Source: Felis catus (Eukaryota). From it: a DNA stretch of 64,000 nt. The DNA lies in contig NC_058383.1 of NCBI RefSeq assembly GCF_018350175.1, forward strand, positions 6,512,001-6,576,000. The letters run 5' to 3'. The notes below the pieces were generated by a model. The model saw only the letters and a list, made by a program, of their open reading frames with translations. It searched no databases and was not told the origin of the DNA. Within the stretch, counting starts at the first letter, position 1. Every line of letters begins with the position of its first letter. A program made the translations under genes and the position numbers. Shown piece after piece: positions 25,828 to 40,652 of this stretch.

Positions 25828-27578
25828 GTAGTTTCAGAGATTTGCTTCCTGTTGTCAGGAAGCTTATAATCAAGTTTAGAAAAGACATTCGGGGCGCCTG
25901 GGTGGCTCAGTCAGTGAAGTGTTACACTTCGGCCCAAGTCATGATCTTGCTGTTCATGAGTTCGAGCCCCATATCAAGCTTTATGCTGTCAGCTCAGAGC
26001 CTGGAGCCTGCTTTGGATTCTGTCTCCCTATCTCTCTGCCCCTCCCCCACTCATGCTCTGTCCCTCTCTCTCAAAAATAAATAAATAAGCTTTAAAAAAA
26101 AAAAAAGGAAGTAAGCAAGACATTCATAAAAATAACTATTTTGCATCACACTTTGAGGAGTTTATCATAGATCATTTTAACCAGAACAAAAAGGTATGTT
26201 CCTGAATGTTTAGTCCAGTGTTATCTGTTAATAAATGGTTGGAAACTAACAAAACATTCAACATTGGGATGTTTGGGAAATTATTATGATAAGAGCAATG
26301 TTCTGAAATAATGTGTAAACCAGTACTAATTTATAAAAAGCAGAAAAAATGTTTGCCATAATATTAATGCCATTTTGGGGGAGAAATGTGTATGGACATA
26401 AGAATGGGCTTTATTGACTTCCTGCATGTCTCTTTGTGGTGTTTGTTTTATAGTAATGTGAGTATTACCTTTGTAATTAAAAATGAAATTTTAACTCTAA
26501 TAAGGTTGCAAGACGATCCTATAATAAATAGATTTAGAGTCAAAATACACATCACTTAGAATACACTCCCCCACATCTTTTTCCCCTCAGTGGTGCAAAT
26601 AATTGAGCAGACTATTCCTATAGGTGAATGAATGAATGAACTAACTCTTTCTTCATACAACTGAAATCACTGTGAGTTATGACCAATGGACACTTTGATT
26701 TGTAGTCATCTTACTTTTTTCCATATACCTGTTAAGAATGTTAATGATTAATTTTTAGAGAGATACCTATAATAATTAGTAATATTTCCTTCATTTCCAA
26801 TAATACCTTCAGTGTGGAATATTTATAGGAAATAACCTCATCAAGTAACTATAAAATGATTGAGTCATAGCAGATTTTACTCTTGGTATATAACAAACTG
26901 ATCTTGACTTTGGGATCCTTCACAGACCCACCAGTTAAGTAAAGGTTTGGTCAGATATGAAAAATAAACCTTATGTTCAGATACATATGTAGACCTCTTT
27001 CTAATTTAGATGCAGAGATACTCAAGGACTCTCTCCAGAACTTGTATCATTTAGGTTAGTTTAAATGACAGTGACCCTCAGAAGAATGTATAATGAATCA
27101 CAATTTATATTTTCCCTCTACTGAAGATTATTTTAATTTGCTCTGATGTTGTTTTATTTAGATGTGGCAGACTTTCAGTTAATGTCATGGAGTGAGGTCT
27201 GTTAATGAATAATGGTACTTTAAACACCCCTCCCCCCCCCCCCACCAAATATCTAATAACAAGGTAAGAAAAAGATCTTCAGGTCTTCCACCTGTGAACA
27301 GGTGGAAAAATGCTGCTGCTTAGTTTTTTACCCCCCACAGTTCTGAAATAGCTCTGTTCTCCCTGGCCTTGTAGAGGATCCTGAGTTGCAGAACTTTGCA
27401 GAGAAACCTTGCCTTTGAGTGTGAGGTGACAATCAGGACCATAGATGGGGGAAGGACGGGGCTGGGGAGGAAGATACCAGGACCCCGTGTAGCCCTGCCA
27501 TGGCAGTGCCCCCCCTGGCTGTCTCGTGGCTTTTATCATGGGCCAGACAAAGCAGATGACACCACGCCTCACTTGCAG

Positions 27579-27801
27579 GTATCGACTGGGCTCCCAAGAG
27601 CGACCGCATCGTCACTTGCGGGGCAGACCGCAATGCCTATGTCTGGAGTCAGAAAGATGGTGTCTGGAAGCCAACCCTGGTGATCCTGAGAATTAATCGT
27701 GCAGCAACTTTTGTCAAGTGGTCCCCGCTAGAGAACAAATTTGCTGTGGGAAGTGGAGCACGACTCATTTCTGTTTGTTACTTTGAGTCTGAAAATGACT
27801 G
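27579..27801 (+). CDS. ARPC1A: ARPC1A exon 4 (223 nt)
   Basis: [73 protein letters not shown](W); ttgcag / gtgagc. Confidence 0.97.
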
Positions 27802-28257
27802 GTGAGCAACAGCTGAGTATTTTTTATTTCTGTCTGTGAAATTACACCTTTGGACCACCTGTGTTCTTGGTGACTTCGTGAGTCCCTGGGTGAAGGCTTA
27901 CCTATAACTTCAGTATTTCCTCATCTGGAGATTTTTTTTTTCCTCTGAAAATCTCCATTTCCTCTGGAGATTTTTCCTTCTTGTGTGCACATTGGGTCAA
28001 ATCTCACATCTTTCTCATATTGATAGAGACCTGTGGCCCTATGTTCTGAAATCATAACTAGTATGTACTGTAAGATGCTGCTCTCCTCATTCTGTGCTGT
28101 CCAAACTGTTTTCTTACTCTAACAGGGAAATCATAAACTTGAGAGATTCCCATGACCTGAGGAATGATTTTTTTAGATACAAAATATCTATGATTCCTAC
28201 AGATGACAGTACTCTCCTTTTTTTTTTTAATTTTTTTTTTTTATTTATTTGCTAACC

Positions 28258-30660
<2,403 letters not shown>

Positions 30661-31176
30661 ATCTTTCACATATTCTTAAGGTTTCTTTGCTTTGCAAAGT
30701 ACTGTGCTAGGCACTGCAAGGGATTTGAAGATGAGTGGAGCTTGTGATCTAGGAAAGCAAGCACCAGAGATGGCCGAGGTAGAGGGAAGTGGACTTGGAG
30801 GCGCGGGAGTGGGGAGATGTAAGAGTGGGGCCCGGAAGTTCATCTTAGGCAGAGCATCCGTGTTTGGAGCAGTGATCTAGTGGCCCTCAGACCACAGTAT
30901 TGTTTCTTGTTTGATAACCCAGGCAGGGACTTGGCAGATTCCAGAGTGAGGCTAAAACGACAAAACATAGCTGAACAGTGCACTGCTGAGCTATTACTGC
31001 ACTGTTCCTTTTCAGTTAAAGCTTTTTTATTTGTTGTTCGTGGGAGGCTAGAAGAAACAGCCACTTTGCTAAGAACTTTAAGGTCAAACAGTGTAATTTC
31101 TTTTTAAAGTTATTCTTTATCAAGAAGGCTTTCTTCCCTTAGAAGAAAAGCAAATAAATGTTACTTCATGTTGACT

Positions 31177-31200
31177 GGTTGGTTGGTTGGTTGGTTGGTT
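31177..31200 (+). repeat. (GGTT)6 microsatellite
   Basis: Perfect tetranucleotide repeat. Confidence 0.9.
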
Positions 31201-31325
31201 TTTAAAGATACTTGTGGGAATTTGGCTGTGGAATGGGGGGTACAGGGGTGTCAAGGCACTCTCTGGAAAAAGATTGGTTCTTAAAAAAAAAAATTTGTTT
31301 CTACTTAAGAATCAGTGTAACAGCT

Positions 31326-31542
31326 GGGGCGCCTGGGTGGTGCAGTCGGTTAAGCGTCCGACTTCAGCCAGGTCACGATCTCGCGCTCCGTGAGTTCGAG
31401 CCCCGCGTCGGGCTCTGGGCTGATGGCTCAGAGCCTGGAGCCTGTTTCCGATTCTGTGTCTCCCTCTCTCTCTGCCCCTCCCCCGTTCATGCTCTGTCTC
31501 TCTCTGTCCCAAAAATAAATAAACGTTGAAAAAAAAAAAAAA
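31326..31542 (+). mobile_element. Very young SINEC_Fc-type element in ARPC1A intron 5
   Basis: CpG-rich body, pure poly-A tail, perfect 18-bp TSD AAGAATCAGTGTAACAGC at 31307-31324 and 31543-31560. Confidence 0.93.
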
Positions 31543-31915
31543 AAGAATCAGTGTAACAGCAAAGATGCATAGACATTCTTAAGGAGAATTCAGAAGTTTT
31601 GTTGTCTGTGACATGTTATCCAGAGTCATTCTAGCTCCCGTAGAAGATGAAACTGAATGATCCATACCACCTGGGTTATCAAGCTGTGTCTAAAAAATCT
31701 GACTGTGAAAATAGGTTACCAATTCTTTTGTTAATATTACTTTCCAGAAATAAACTTTGCTTTGACTTATAGTCCTGTGGGTAAGAGTCTGTTCAGGTCG
31801 CACTCTCGAGTTGGCATCTGAGAACCACCAGCTATGTCTTGGTCTCCGGTGGCTAAAGCAGTGGCCGTTGTGATGCTAACTTACAGCCCAGTGATTCTCA
31901 TGATTCTCATTCTCA

Positions 31916-32201
31916 GTCCCATAAAAATGGAGAATGAACTGATGGCTGCCAGAGGGAAGGGGGGGTGGGAGGATGGGTACAATGGGTGACGGGGAGAGGG
32001 AGGTACAGGCTTCCAGTTACAAAGTGAGTCACGGGAATGACCGGGAATATAGTCAGTGATGCTGCAAGAGCGGTGTATGGTGACAGATGCCAGCTGCACC
32101 AGCAGTGAACGGGGCATAAAGCATAGCGAAGCTGAATCACTGTGATGTACGCCTGAAACTAAAGTAAAATTGTGTGTCAGCTCTACTCAAAAAAAAAATA
32201 A
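31916..32201 (+). mobile_element. 5'-truncated L1 3' end (L1_Carn/L1MA-like)
   Basis: gatggctgccagaggg...gtacaggcttccagtta...gtacgcctgaaactaa...poly-A; 14-bp TSD AGCCCAGTGATTCT at 31885-31898 and 32202-32215. Confidence 0.8.
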
Positions 32202-33035
32202 AGCCCAGTGATTCTGAGGTCACGTCCTGTAATCTCACTGCGCCTTTTGCCTCCCTAGTGCTCTGCCTCTTCCAGAGCTGCTGCTGTCATTGTCATTTGG
32301 GAGAAAATATCCCAGATCATTTTAGGGAGTCTCTAGGTCCAGAAGTTCTTGAAGAGAGGCTCTATGAAGTAGAAATAGCATCGGGGGCGGTGGGGGGGGG
32401 GGGTTCCTAGCCTCTCTCTATCCCTCCTCACACACAACTTCATGGAATTCGAGAGAGAGGCTGCTGACAGCAGGCTGGAAAGCACCCTTCTTCAACCCAG
32501 ACCATACCTGCCACAGAGACGCAACAGGGAGCCCAGGGCCGCGTGAAGCCCGCCCTCCTGATAGCACGAGGGGGAGCCTGTCCGCTCTCTCACTGGTCTC
32601 CCTTGGCTTCCTCCTTGGGTGTCCCTTTCTTTAAATGGGTTCATACCACTGCTTTATTGCAGCGTAGCAAATAGTTTCCTCTTCTGCCATTGGGCTGTGT
32701 GGGCTTCCTGGCCTACTGTGTTGAGACAGGAAGGAATGCTGTGCTCAGTGGGGTCTGCCATGTGCGAGGGGGCGGCGTGACAGCAGGACCCTCCCCCAGA
32801 ATTCCGCACTCCTGGGAGGGAAGGGCCTTTGTGTTCATTACTTCTAGAACTGCACCCCTACGCCTGCGACCATTCTTGTCTTAAGAGATTTGTGTGCGTG
32901 ACTTTGTCATGTTTTGCTCTTCAAGGATTAATCTCTTTGCATCCTAAGACCCCTTACGGCAGCTGCCTGTGGCCTGTTTCTTTATACACATATTTTCACC
33001 TGCTTTGTCCTTCTTTCCTGCCCCTTAAACTACAG

Positions 33036-33248
33036 AGTGTTTTCTGCCTACATTAAAGAAGTGGATGAAAAGCCGGCCAGTACGCCATGGGGCAGCAAGA
33101 TGCCTTTTGGTCAGCTGATGTCAGAGTTTGGTGGCAGTGGCACTGGTGGCTGGGTGCATGGGGTCAGCTTCTCTGCCAGTGGGAGCCGCCTGGCCTGGGT
33201 CAGCCATGACAGCACCGTATCCGTTGCTGATGCCTCAAAAAGCGTACA
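33036..33248 (+). CDS. ARPC1A: ARPC1A exon 6 (213 nt)
   Basis: [70 protein letters not shown](Q); ctacag / gtgagt. Confidence 0.97.
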
Positions 33249-33505
33249 GTGAGTATTTGCCTTTTGTTTGGAGTTAGGGAGTGGGGTTGGGATCTCTCCG
33301 CAGCTTGGCCAAGGCTGTTCTTCCCTGGGTGCCGGTTCAGGATGTGAGCATAAAACTCTGACCCAGAACCGCAGGGCCGCCTTTGAAGTCCCAGACACAC
33401 GTTTAGATTGTCCTTTTGGGGAAATTTGAAAGAGTTAGGTCTCACTTGCAGAAACACTTCTTAATGGAGGTAGTGATGGTGATTCTTCTGAAGGACCCTC
33501 CTGGC

Positions 33506-33532
33506 CTGCTGCTGCTGCTGCTGCTGCTGCTG
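33506..33532 (+). repeat. (CTG)9 microsatellite in ARPC1A intron 6
   Basis: Perfect repeat. Confidence 0.95.
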
Positions 33533-34704
33533 CTAAGAGTTCCTTCACGTGGTTAGTTTAGTCTGTTACTGTGGATTCCTTACGACAGGTAAATGTCATC
33601 CCCCAGCCTTAAGTAGGAGATAAGTTCTTACTCTGTAGTCAAGGAACAGTGACTCCATTCATTTGGGACTCCATCCAGTAATACTTAAAACCCCGATGCC
33701 AGTTCGTCTGGAGATGCTGGAAGAACTCGAATTACAGTGACTCATTTGTGAGTGAGACACCTGCCCAGCCTTGGGGAGGGCATCAGGCACCTTGTCAGAC
33801 GTCGGGATTTTTATCTGCTCATCATGTTGGAGGGACAGAGATGATGATTGGAATTCCTTCCCCTTACGAATCTTTGTCTTTCCTGGTGAATCCTTTTTTA
33901 TTGGCAGCTAAAGGTTACCCACCTTTAAAGATTTCCTGACTTGTTGCTGTGTGCTGAGAACTGCTCACATCAGGTGACTCTGCCTCCCTCTGCTGCATGG
34001 TGACAACAAAGTGACATTTCAGAGAGAATATTTTTTTCCTAAGTGGATTGAATTGTGGGTTTTGGCAGAGGGGGGAGTTGTTTTATTTTAAGAGAGAGAG
34101 TGGGGGAGGGGCAGAGAGTGAGAGATAGAAAGAATCCCAAGCAGGCACTGTGGTTGTCAATGCAGAGTCCAATTCAGGGCTTGAATTCACAAACGATGAA
34201 ATCATGACCTGAGCCAAAATCAAAAGTTGGATGCTTAACTGACTGAGCCACCCAAGCGCCTCTTACTTATTTTGAAAACACCACCTTAAATGTTGTGGTC
34301 TCCCAGGTTTCTATACACATTTAGGCACTTAATGTATCTTTTCATTTTTAACACAAATGGGGTTATGCTATACATTTTGTACAGCAATTTGCTTTTTATT
34401 CAGTAATGTTTTGATGTCATAGTTATTTGATTTGTGTACAGTTTGTTTTAATGTGTAATAAGCTTTTAGCACGTGCTTATTACAAGCCCCTGTCTGCCTT
34501 CCTATTGATTTATGATTTGGCTTTTCCAGTCCTGCAAGTCAGATGACATTCTCCACCCTTCCCCTTCTCGAACATAAATGTTTTATGTAGTAACAGCCAG
34601 TGTTTTATATAGTCAGGTGCCCCAGTAAGGCCTTAAGATGAGGTATTAGGACTTTAATCCGATGCCAGTGGTATTGGCAGGGGGGAGGGGGTCTCCTTAG
34701 ACAT

Positions 34705-34757
34705 AGTTTTCTAAATTCTCTTTTACATGAAGTTTTCTAAATTTCTCTTTTACATGA
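34705..34757 (+). repeat. 26/27-bp tandem duplication
   Basis: AGTTTTCTAAATTCTCTTTTACATGA followed by AGTTTTCTAAATTTCTCTTTTACATGA. Confidence 0.9.
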
Positions 34758-35538
34758 AGCTCTGAGATCCTAATTCATCAACCACCGTGTGTGCCTGCCA
34801 TCTCTATGTGACCTGTTGGCCAGGTGCTGGAGCAGATAACTACTATCTGTACGTGTACACACATGTGCCCCAGCCCAGTTGTGTGTGAGATCCTGGCTGG
34901 CTAAGGCAGTGTCATATTCATCGGTGGCTCCAGCTCCTCCCCCAGTGCCTGGCAGAAAAAAAGAGAATAGACTCTTCAGATGTTTGTGCCCACTCTCTGG
35001 GAGCCCAGGGTGAGCACGGGCGAGGAGAGGATGGCAGCACAAGGCGTTCAGCCATCAGTGACAGTGACAGTGACAGGAAGAGTGTTGGATAGCCAGAAAG
35101 GAGAAGCCACCTTAGGGTGAAGAGGTCCAGGAAAGCTTCATGGAGGTGATCTAATTAGAGCTGAGCTTCAGAAACCATGTGGACTTCGGATAAGCATGTG
35201 TGTAAAGGGTGTGGGAGCAAAGGCAAAAGACGGGAAAGAATAAGGGTCACTGGGGACCGTGCCGTAGACCAGTCTGTCATGAGTGGGGAGGCCCCAGAAG
35301 CAGGTGGGGCCCAGGCCAGAGAGGCCAAAGACCTCTGTTTCTGCAGGTTACCCCAGGGCTGTGTCAGGCTTGAGATTCTTGATTCCTGAAAGTATAGGTC
35401 ATGGGGCTCCTTTTAAGCATAAGAGCTTGTTTATACTGTCCAGGCGCCTGTGAAAATGGGTCCTTAGTCATCTTCTGTGTCTATAAAGAAGCTGTGTGGT
35501 CTGTTCCATCTCAATTTAACAATTGTTCTTGTATTTAG

Positions 35539-35614
35539 GGTCTCAACTCTGAAAACGGAGTTCCTGCCCCTGCTGAGTGTGTCATTTGTCTCGGAGAACA
35601 GCGTTGTAGCTGCC
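35539..35614 (+). CDS. ARPC1A: ARPC1A exon 7 (76 nt)
   Basis: VSTLKTEFLPLLSVSFVSENSVVAA; atttag / gtgagt. Confidence 0.96.
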
Positions 35615-35850
35615 GTGAGTATTTCTCTTTATTTCCCTTCGCAGTACACTGTATTTAATTCTCCAGGACGGGAACAGCGCGTGCTCTGTGACTTGCTGTG
35701 CTCTCACAGGCCAGCACAGCCTTGTAGGACAGCTGGCCTGTGAGACTGGGTGGTGTGGTGTGTGGTGTGCGTGTCTGTGTGCGTTTAAGTGCGGTGGTGA
35801 CTGTTCTGCTGAGGGGCTGGTAGGTAGGCCTGACCGATGCCTTGTTTCAG

Positions 35851-36044
35851 GGCCATGACTGCTGCCCGATGCTCTTTAACTACGATGACCGTGGCTGCTT
35901 GACCTTCGTCTCCAAACTAGACATTCCAAAACAGAGCATCCAGCGCAACATGTCCGCCATGGAGCGCTTCCGCAACATGGACAAGAGGGCCACGACTGAG
36001 GACCGCAACACGGCCTTGGAGACGCTGCACCAGAATAGCATCAC
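35851..36044 (+). CDS. ARPC1A: ARPC1A exon 8 (194 nt)
   Basis: GHDCCPMLFNYDDRGCLTFVSKLDIPKQSIQRNMSAMERFRNMDKRATTEDRNTALETLHQNSI(T); tttcag / gtaggt. Confidence 0.97.
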
Positions 36045-36901
36045 GTAGGTGCCACTCAGCCACCTGCAGCCAGGGCCCCGACCACCTGTAGAGAAGCGCT
36101 TAGGTGACCAAGATGCCTTTCTGCCTCCTTGTTTCCTGGCTGGATCCCTGTGCCAGTCGTGTGTGCTGTGTGCCCAGACATTCCTTTGGGAACAAGAGCA
36201 GGGACAAGTCTCTAGCCTCCCGACTGCAGACTCTTATTTTCAGCTTGTGACAGAGTCATTCTGTCCTTTGAAGTGCAGATGGCATGAGACAGCCTCCCCC
36301 ACCTCGAGCTGCACTGGTCCTGTTGCCGCCACCACTGTGTGAGCCGCCTCCTCCCAGGGCTGGCATTCTTAGACCGTGGCTGAGAACGAGAGGAGACCTT
36401 CCTGAACGTCCTGCTCCTCTCAGTGAGCACAGGACAGGAACACTGGTTATACCCGTCATTTCAGCCGTGGGTTTCTAGTCACACACACCAGTAAGAAGAT
36501 GATTTAATGAAAGAAACAGAATTATTTGATACCATATGGTAAAACCAAGGAGTTTCTTGACTTAAGTTTTCATCAGGTGTATGTGAACTGTGTTTTATCC
36601 AAAAGGTTTGATTTTTTGTTTGTTTGTTTTAACTCTAGAGAAGTGTAGTTTGCTCTTGATATTTTAAATGACTGTGGTCAGAGTTAGGTACCACAGAACT
36701 CTCTCTTTTTGATTAGACCTTTTGTGTTGAGAGATTTTCATTGTGGTGATGATGGTGGGAAGAAGAACAGAAAGGTCTAGACTTTCTCTTTGAGAGAATT
36801 ATTAAATGCACCTTGTGCTTGTGATCGTGTTCAGTGGAAAGGGCTGCTGGACTTAAAATAGGCTGAAAATATCTGCACTCTCTTGAAAAATAATAACTTG
36901 A

Positions 36902-37115
36902 GGGGCGCATGGGTGGCTCAGTTGGTTAAGTGTTCGACCGGCTCAGGTCATGATCTTACGGTTCGTGAGTCTGAGTCCCACATCAGGCTCTGTGCTGACA
37001 GCTCAGAGCCTGGAACCTGCTTCGGATTCTGTGTCTCCCTCTCTCTCTCTGCCCCAACCCCACTTGCACTGTGTCTCTCAAAAATGAATAAACGTTAAGA
37101 AAAAAAAGTAAAAAA
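36902..37115 (+). mobile_element. CanSINE in ARPC1A intron 8
   Basis: Full-length SINEC with A-rich tail. Confidence 0.88.
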
Positions 37116-37341
37116 ATTAATAACTTGGAGGCCTAACAGAACTTTTCTCCACACTTCAGGTTCTTTGTCTTGAATGAGCTTCAAAACTATTTCTTATGAA
37201 TTTCTCTGGAGCTTCTCTGCAGACTATGTATCAGGAAGGAAACAACTCATTTCATCTTTTGAGACTTTCAAGTAAAAAGACCCTTGGAGATTGGCAAGGC
37301 TCCTTTTATTTGCAGATATTAAATCCTCTTTGCCCTTAAGC

Positions 37342-37650
37342 AAAGGATCGGCAGACTTTTTCTGTAAGGGACCAGAGGGTAGATATTTTAGGTCCTGAGA
37401 AGGTATAGAGGCTCTGTCAGCTATGCACATCTGCTGTGGCACACAGGCAGGCATTGGCAATATGTATCTAAATGAGCGTGGATGTGTTTCAGTACAACTT
37501 TCATGGACACAGAAGTTTGAATTTCCGCATAATTTTCACATCATGAAGTAATAGTCTTCATTTTTTTGTCACCATTTAAATCGTAAGCTATTCTTAGCTT
37601 ACAGGCTGTACAGAAACAGGCCGTGTGCACCGTTTTGCCATCTCCTTCCC
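37342..37650. mobile_element. hAT-Charlie MITE (MER58B-like)
   Basis: ggatcggcagactttttctgtaagggaccaga...aaatgagcgtggatgtgtttcagtacaacttt...tttgaatttc resembles MER58. Confidence 0.65.
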
Positions 37651-38316
37651 CAGACAGAATGTTCTAGACGTTTCGGAGGAAAAAGAAAAATATTGTCTGA
37701 GCTGTGGAATTGATTTTCTTGAAAGTTTTTCAGATAATTAGGCCAAGACAAGTTGCTGCATTAATCTCTTCCTCTACTTTGCTTGCTTGGAATCCTGCAG
37801 GGTGTCTGAGTGTTGCTCATGTTTGCAGTGATTGGTTTCACATGCAGGGAGAGCAGGGCGAGCTCTTGGCTTACAGGCCCTGGTTGTCTTGGAGGGTGAT
37901 TTGGGAGTTTCTGTTTGGAGCCAGTTGGATTTCAGTCATGCTTTATCCTGCCTCTAGTTTGTTTTTGTTTTGTTTTTAATTGTTTCCATCTCCGTCATTG
38001 CTGTGGTCCTGCCCACACTCTGCTCCCTGGCAGTTTGCATGCTGTGTGCCTGGCTCGTCCTGCTTCTCTGCGTCACTGTAATTAATACAGCTTCTTACCT
38101 TTTCTCTCTTTTCAGTCTTGACTTTTCTGGATGTCTGGTAACGAGGTGCCCTTGAATGTTTTCTGAGGCAGATTGCCGCAGCCTAATCTTGATGGACAAC
38201 TTAATATTTTGCGGTTGGGAATTCCATTTCCTTAAAATGCCCTTACACTGTTAGGAAGGTTGGGACTCACTCCCACCACATATCTTACAGTCTCTCTTGT
38301 TTTTCCTTCTTTTCAG

Positions 38317-38407
38317 TCAAGTGTCTATTTATGAAGTGGACAAACAAGATTGTCGCAAATTTTGCACTACTGGCATCGATGGAGCCATGACAATTTGGGA
38401 TTTCAAG
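38317..38407 (+). CDS. ARPC1A: ARPC1A exon 9 (91 nt)
   Basis: QVSIYEVDKQDCRKFCTTGIDGAMTIWDFK; tttcag / gtattt. Confidence 0.97.
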
Positions 38408-40270
38408 GTATTTTCCGCTTTTCAAAAGAAATCTTGTTTGTGTGAAATTCTTCCTGTGACCAGAATGTTTCTCATTTCTTGGAACAAAATGTCAAATCCA
38501 GTGCACATCAGAAATGTAGAACAGGAGACTGTAGTCGTCTTTAAAACCAAAGTCAGGGCACCTGGCTGGCCCAGTCAGTGGAGCGTGTGACTCTTGGTCT
38601 TGGGGTTGTGAGTTCGACCCCTACATCGGGTGTAGAGGTTACTTTAAAAAACAAAAAAACAACAAAAAAAAAAACCTTAAGACTTGAAAGCCATTGGAAG
38701 AAAACAAGACTTTCTCAGTGACTTGGGGTACGTCCTTCTAGATGTCCATTTATCCGTGGAGGAAAAAATCCAGTGCTGTTTTTGTAGCTGGCCCTGTGTT
38801 GGGCACCAGTGTCTTTATAGATACATTTTTGTGGTTTACACCCATCAATCTAGTAAACGTTTGCTAAGTGTCTGCTGGGTGCCAGGCCTTGTACTAGGCA
38901 CTGAGGACACCGAGGTGAGAGGGGTTCGTGTGGCAGAGGGGGTGGGGGTTAGGTGGATCTGCAGAAGAGCGGCCAGTGCCCGTGTTTCTACACCGAGGAA
39001 TTCGGGGGGCACATAAACTGCCAGCGCTGCAGGGAAGGGATGGGCTGAACTGTATCTCCAGGTGCAGTGGGATTTCAGGGCACGCGGGGGCGCGGGGCAA
39101 GTAGGAGCCGCAGGTGCAGACCAGCCGAGCTCAGAGCACGTTCTGGTTGGAGGCACCACCGGTGGTTTGCACTGTGATGTGGGTCGTACAGAAGCACCAG
39201 ATGGAACTAGAAGGGCCTGTGGCGTGGTCAGAGAGAGGGAGCTGGGCTTTGTCTGCAGACACCCAGGAGCTGGTCCAGAGCCAGACAGCAAAGCACCAGA
39301 GAGTAAGGCGTGGGCGGCCTGGGCAGAGGCTGGGGAGTCCCGTGATCCAGTGAGGAGATGATCTCCAGCTGTGGCAGAGGCTGTGACCCAGAACTTCTGC
39401 ATTGGAGGGAGATTTCAGAGGCCAAATGGAAGGGCATCGTGACACTGAGGAACAAGCAGGGGGACCCTCACACTCTGGCTTGGCGATTGGGCAGATGGTG
39501 GACAAGATGAGGAACCAGAGAGGAGGAGCAGGAGTAGGAGAGGCTGGCCCCTGTGTGCAGCCCTGTAAATTTAATCTCTCAGTGGTTAACCTCCAAAACA
39601 GGTTAACGTTCACAGAATTTTACTACTGCCTGTGCGTTTCCACCGTGTTCGGTGTCCCCCCGCCCCGGCTCCTTGGGTGAAATAGATAATATGGAATAGC
39701 CTCCAGAATATTTGGGAGAAACAAAGTGTCTTACTCAAAGTCTCTCCCCACCCTCCCACCTTTTTGTCTTCTGGCACTTTCCATCCTGGGCATCAGGGCT
39801 GTGAAATTAGCTCCCTGGGCAGTTACACTCTACACTTTATTCTTTGACCCCTCTAAGCTAGGAGGTCCCAGGGTAGTTTCCCCTTGGTCCGTCTGCCTTT
39901 GAGCACCTGCTGTGTGTTGTGCACCTGGCTGGCTGCTACGTGGCCTATGATGTAGGAGGAGGCAAAGAACATGCACATATTGGCCCTCATCACTATGGGC
40001 CAATGGCACAGGGAGGAAGCATGCAGGTGGGAGCGCTTCCAGATCCTGTGGCTTGGAGCCATGGGGACAGGGGAGCACATGGCTGGAAAGGGCCGGTGGG
40101 GGGCCCAGTGCTGGGAGAGCATGTCTCACAGGTGGGCGGGGCCAGATTTGGGGGGCACAGGGCAGGGGGGTTGTTGGAGGTAGGTCAGGGAGGAGAGAGG
40201 GTGGTCAGGGGGAAGACTCCAGGACCGACAGTCCTCAGTAACCTTTGGTGTTCTTCCTGCCATTTTCAAG

Positions 40271-40309
40271 ACCTTGGAGTCTTCTATCCAGGGTCTCCGG
40301 ATAATGTGA
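40271..40309 (+). CDS. ARPC1A: ARPC1A exon 10, coding part (TLESSIQGLRIM*)
   Basis: Acceptor ttcaag ends 40270; TGA at 40307-40309. Coding exons sum to 1113 nt = 370 aa + stop, with no frameshift. Confidence 0.96.
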   Translation, partial: TLESSIQGLRIM

Positions 40310-40652
40310 AGCTGAGTGAGCCTCCCAGATCCAGCATGACAAACTGACAAAAGTGACAAAGTGTGCTGACACGGCCCGCCGTTTGCATGGTGGTGAGGAG
40401 AGCCAGCCGCAAGGAAACACTGAAGACACGTATCGCGCAAATATTGTTTGTGTGTTTTTGTTTGAATATAATTGGTGAAAGTGTTGGTTTTTTTAAAAAA
40501 GCAGCAATGATTTGGGTTTTTTGTTTTTTGTTTTTTGCTATTTCATTCCATTCTTGACCAAAGCTTCTCTTGAAGTAGTTTATTATGGAAAATTGTCACA
40601 CTAACTTAAAGGAAAGGGTGGGGAGATATGTAAATTGTCTGCTAAACAGTTA

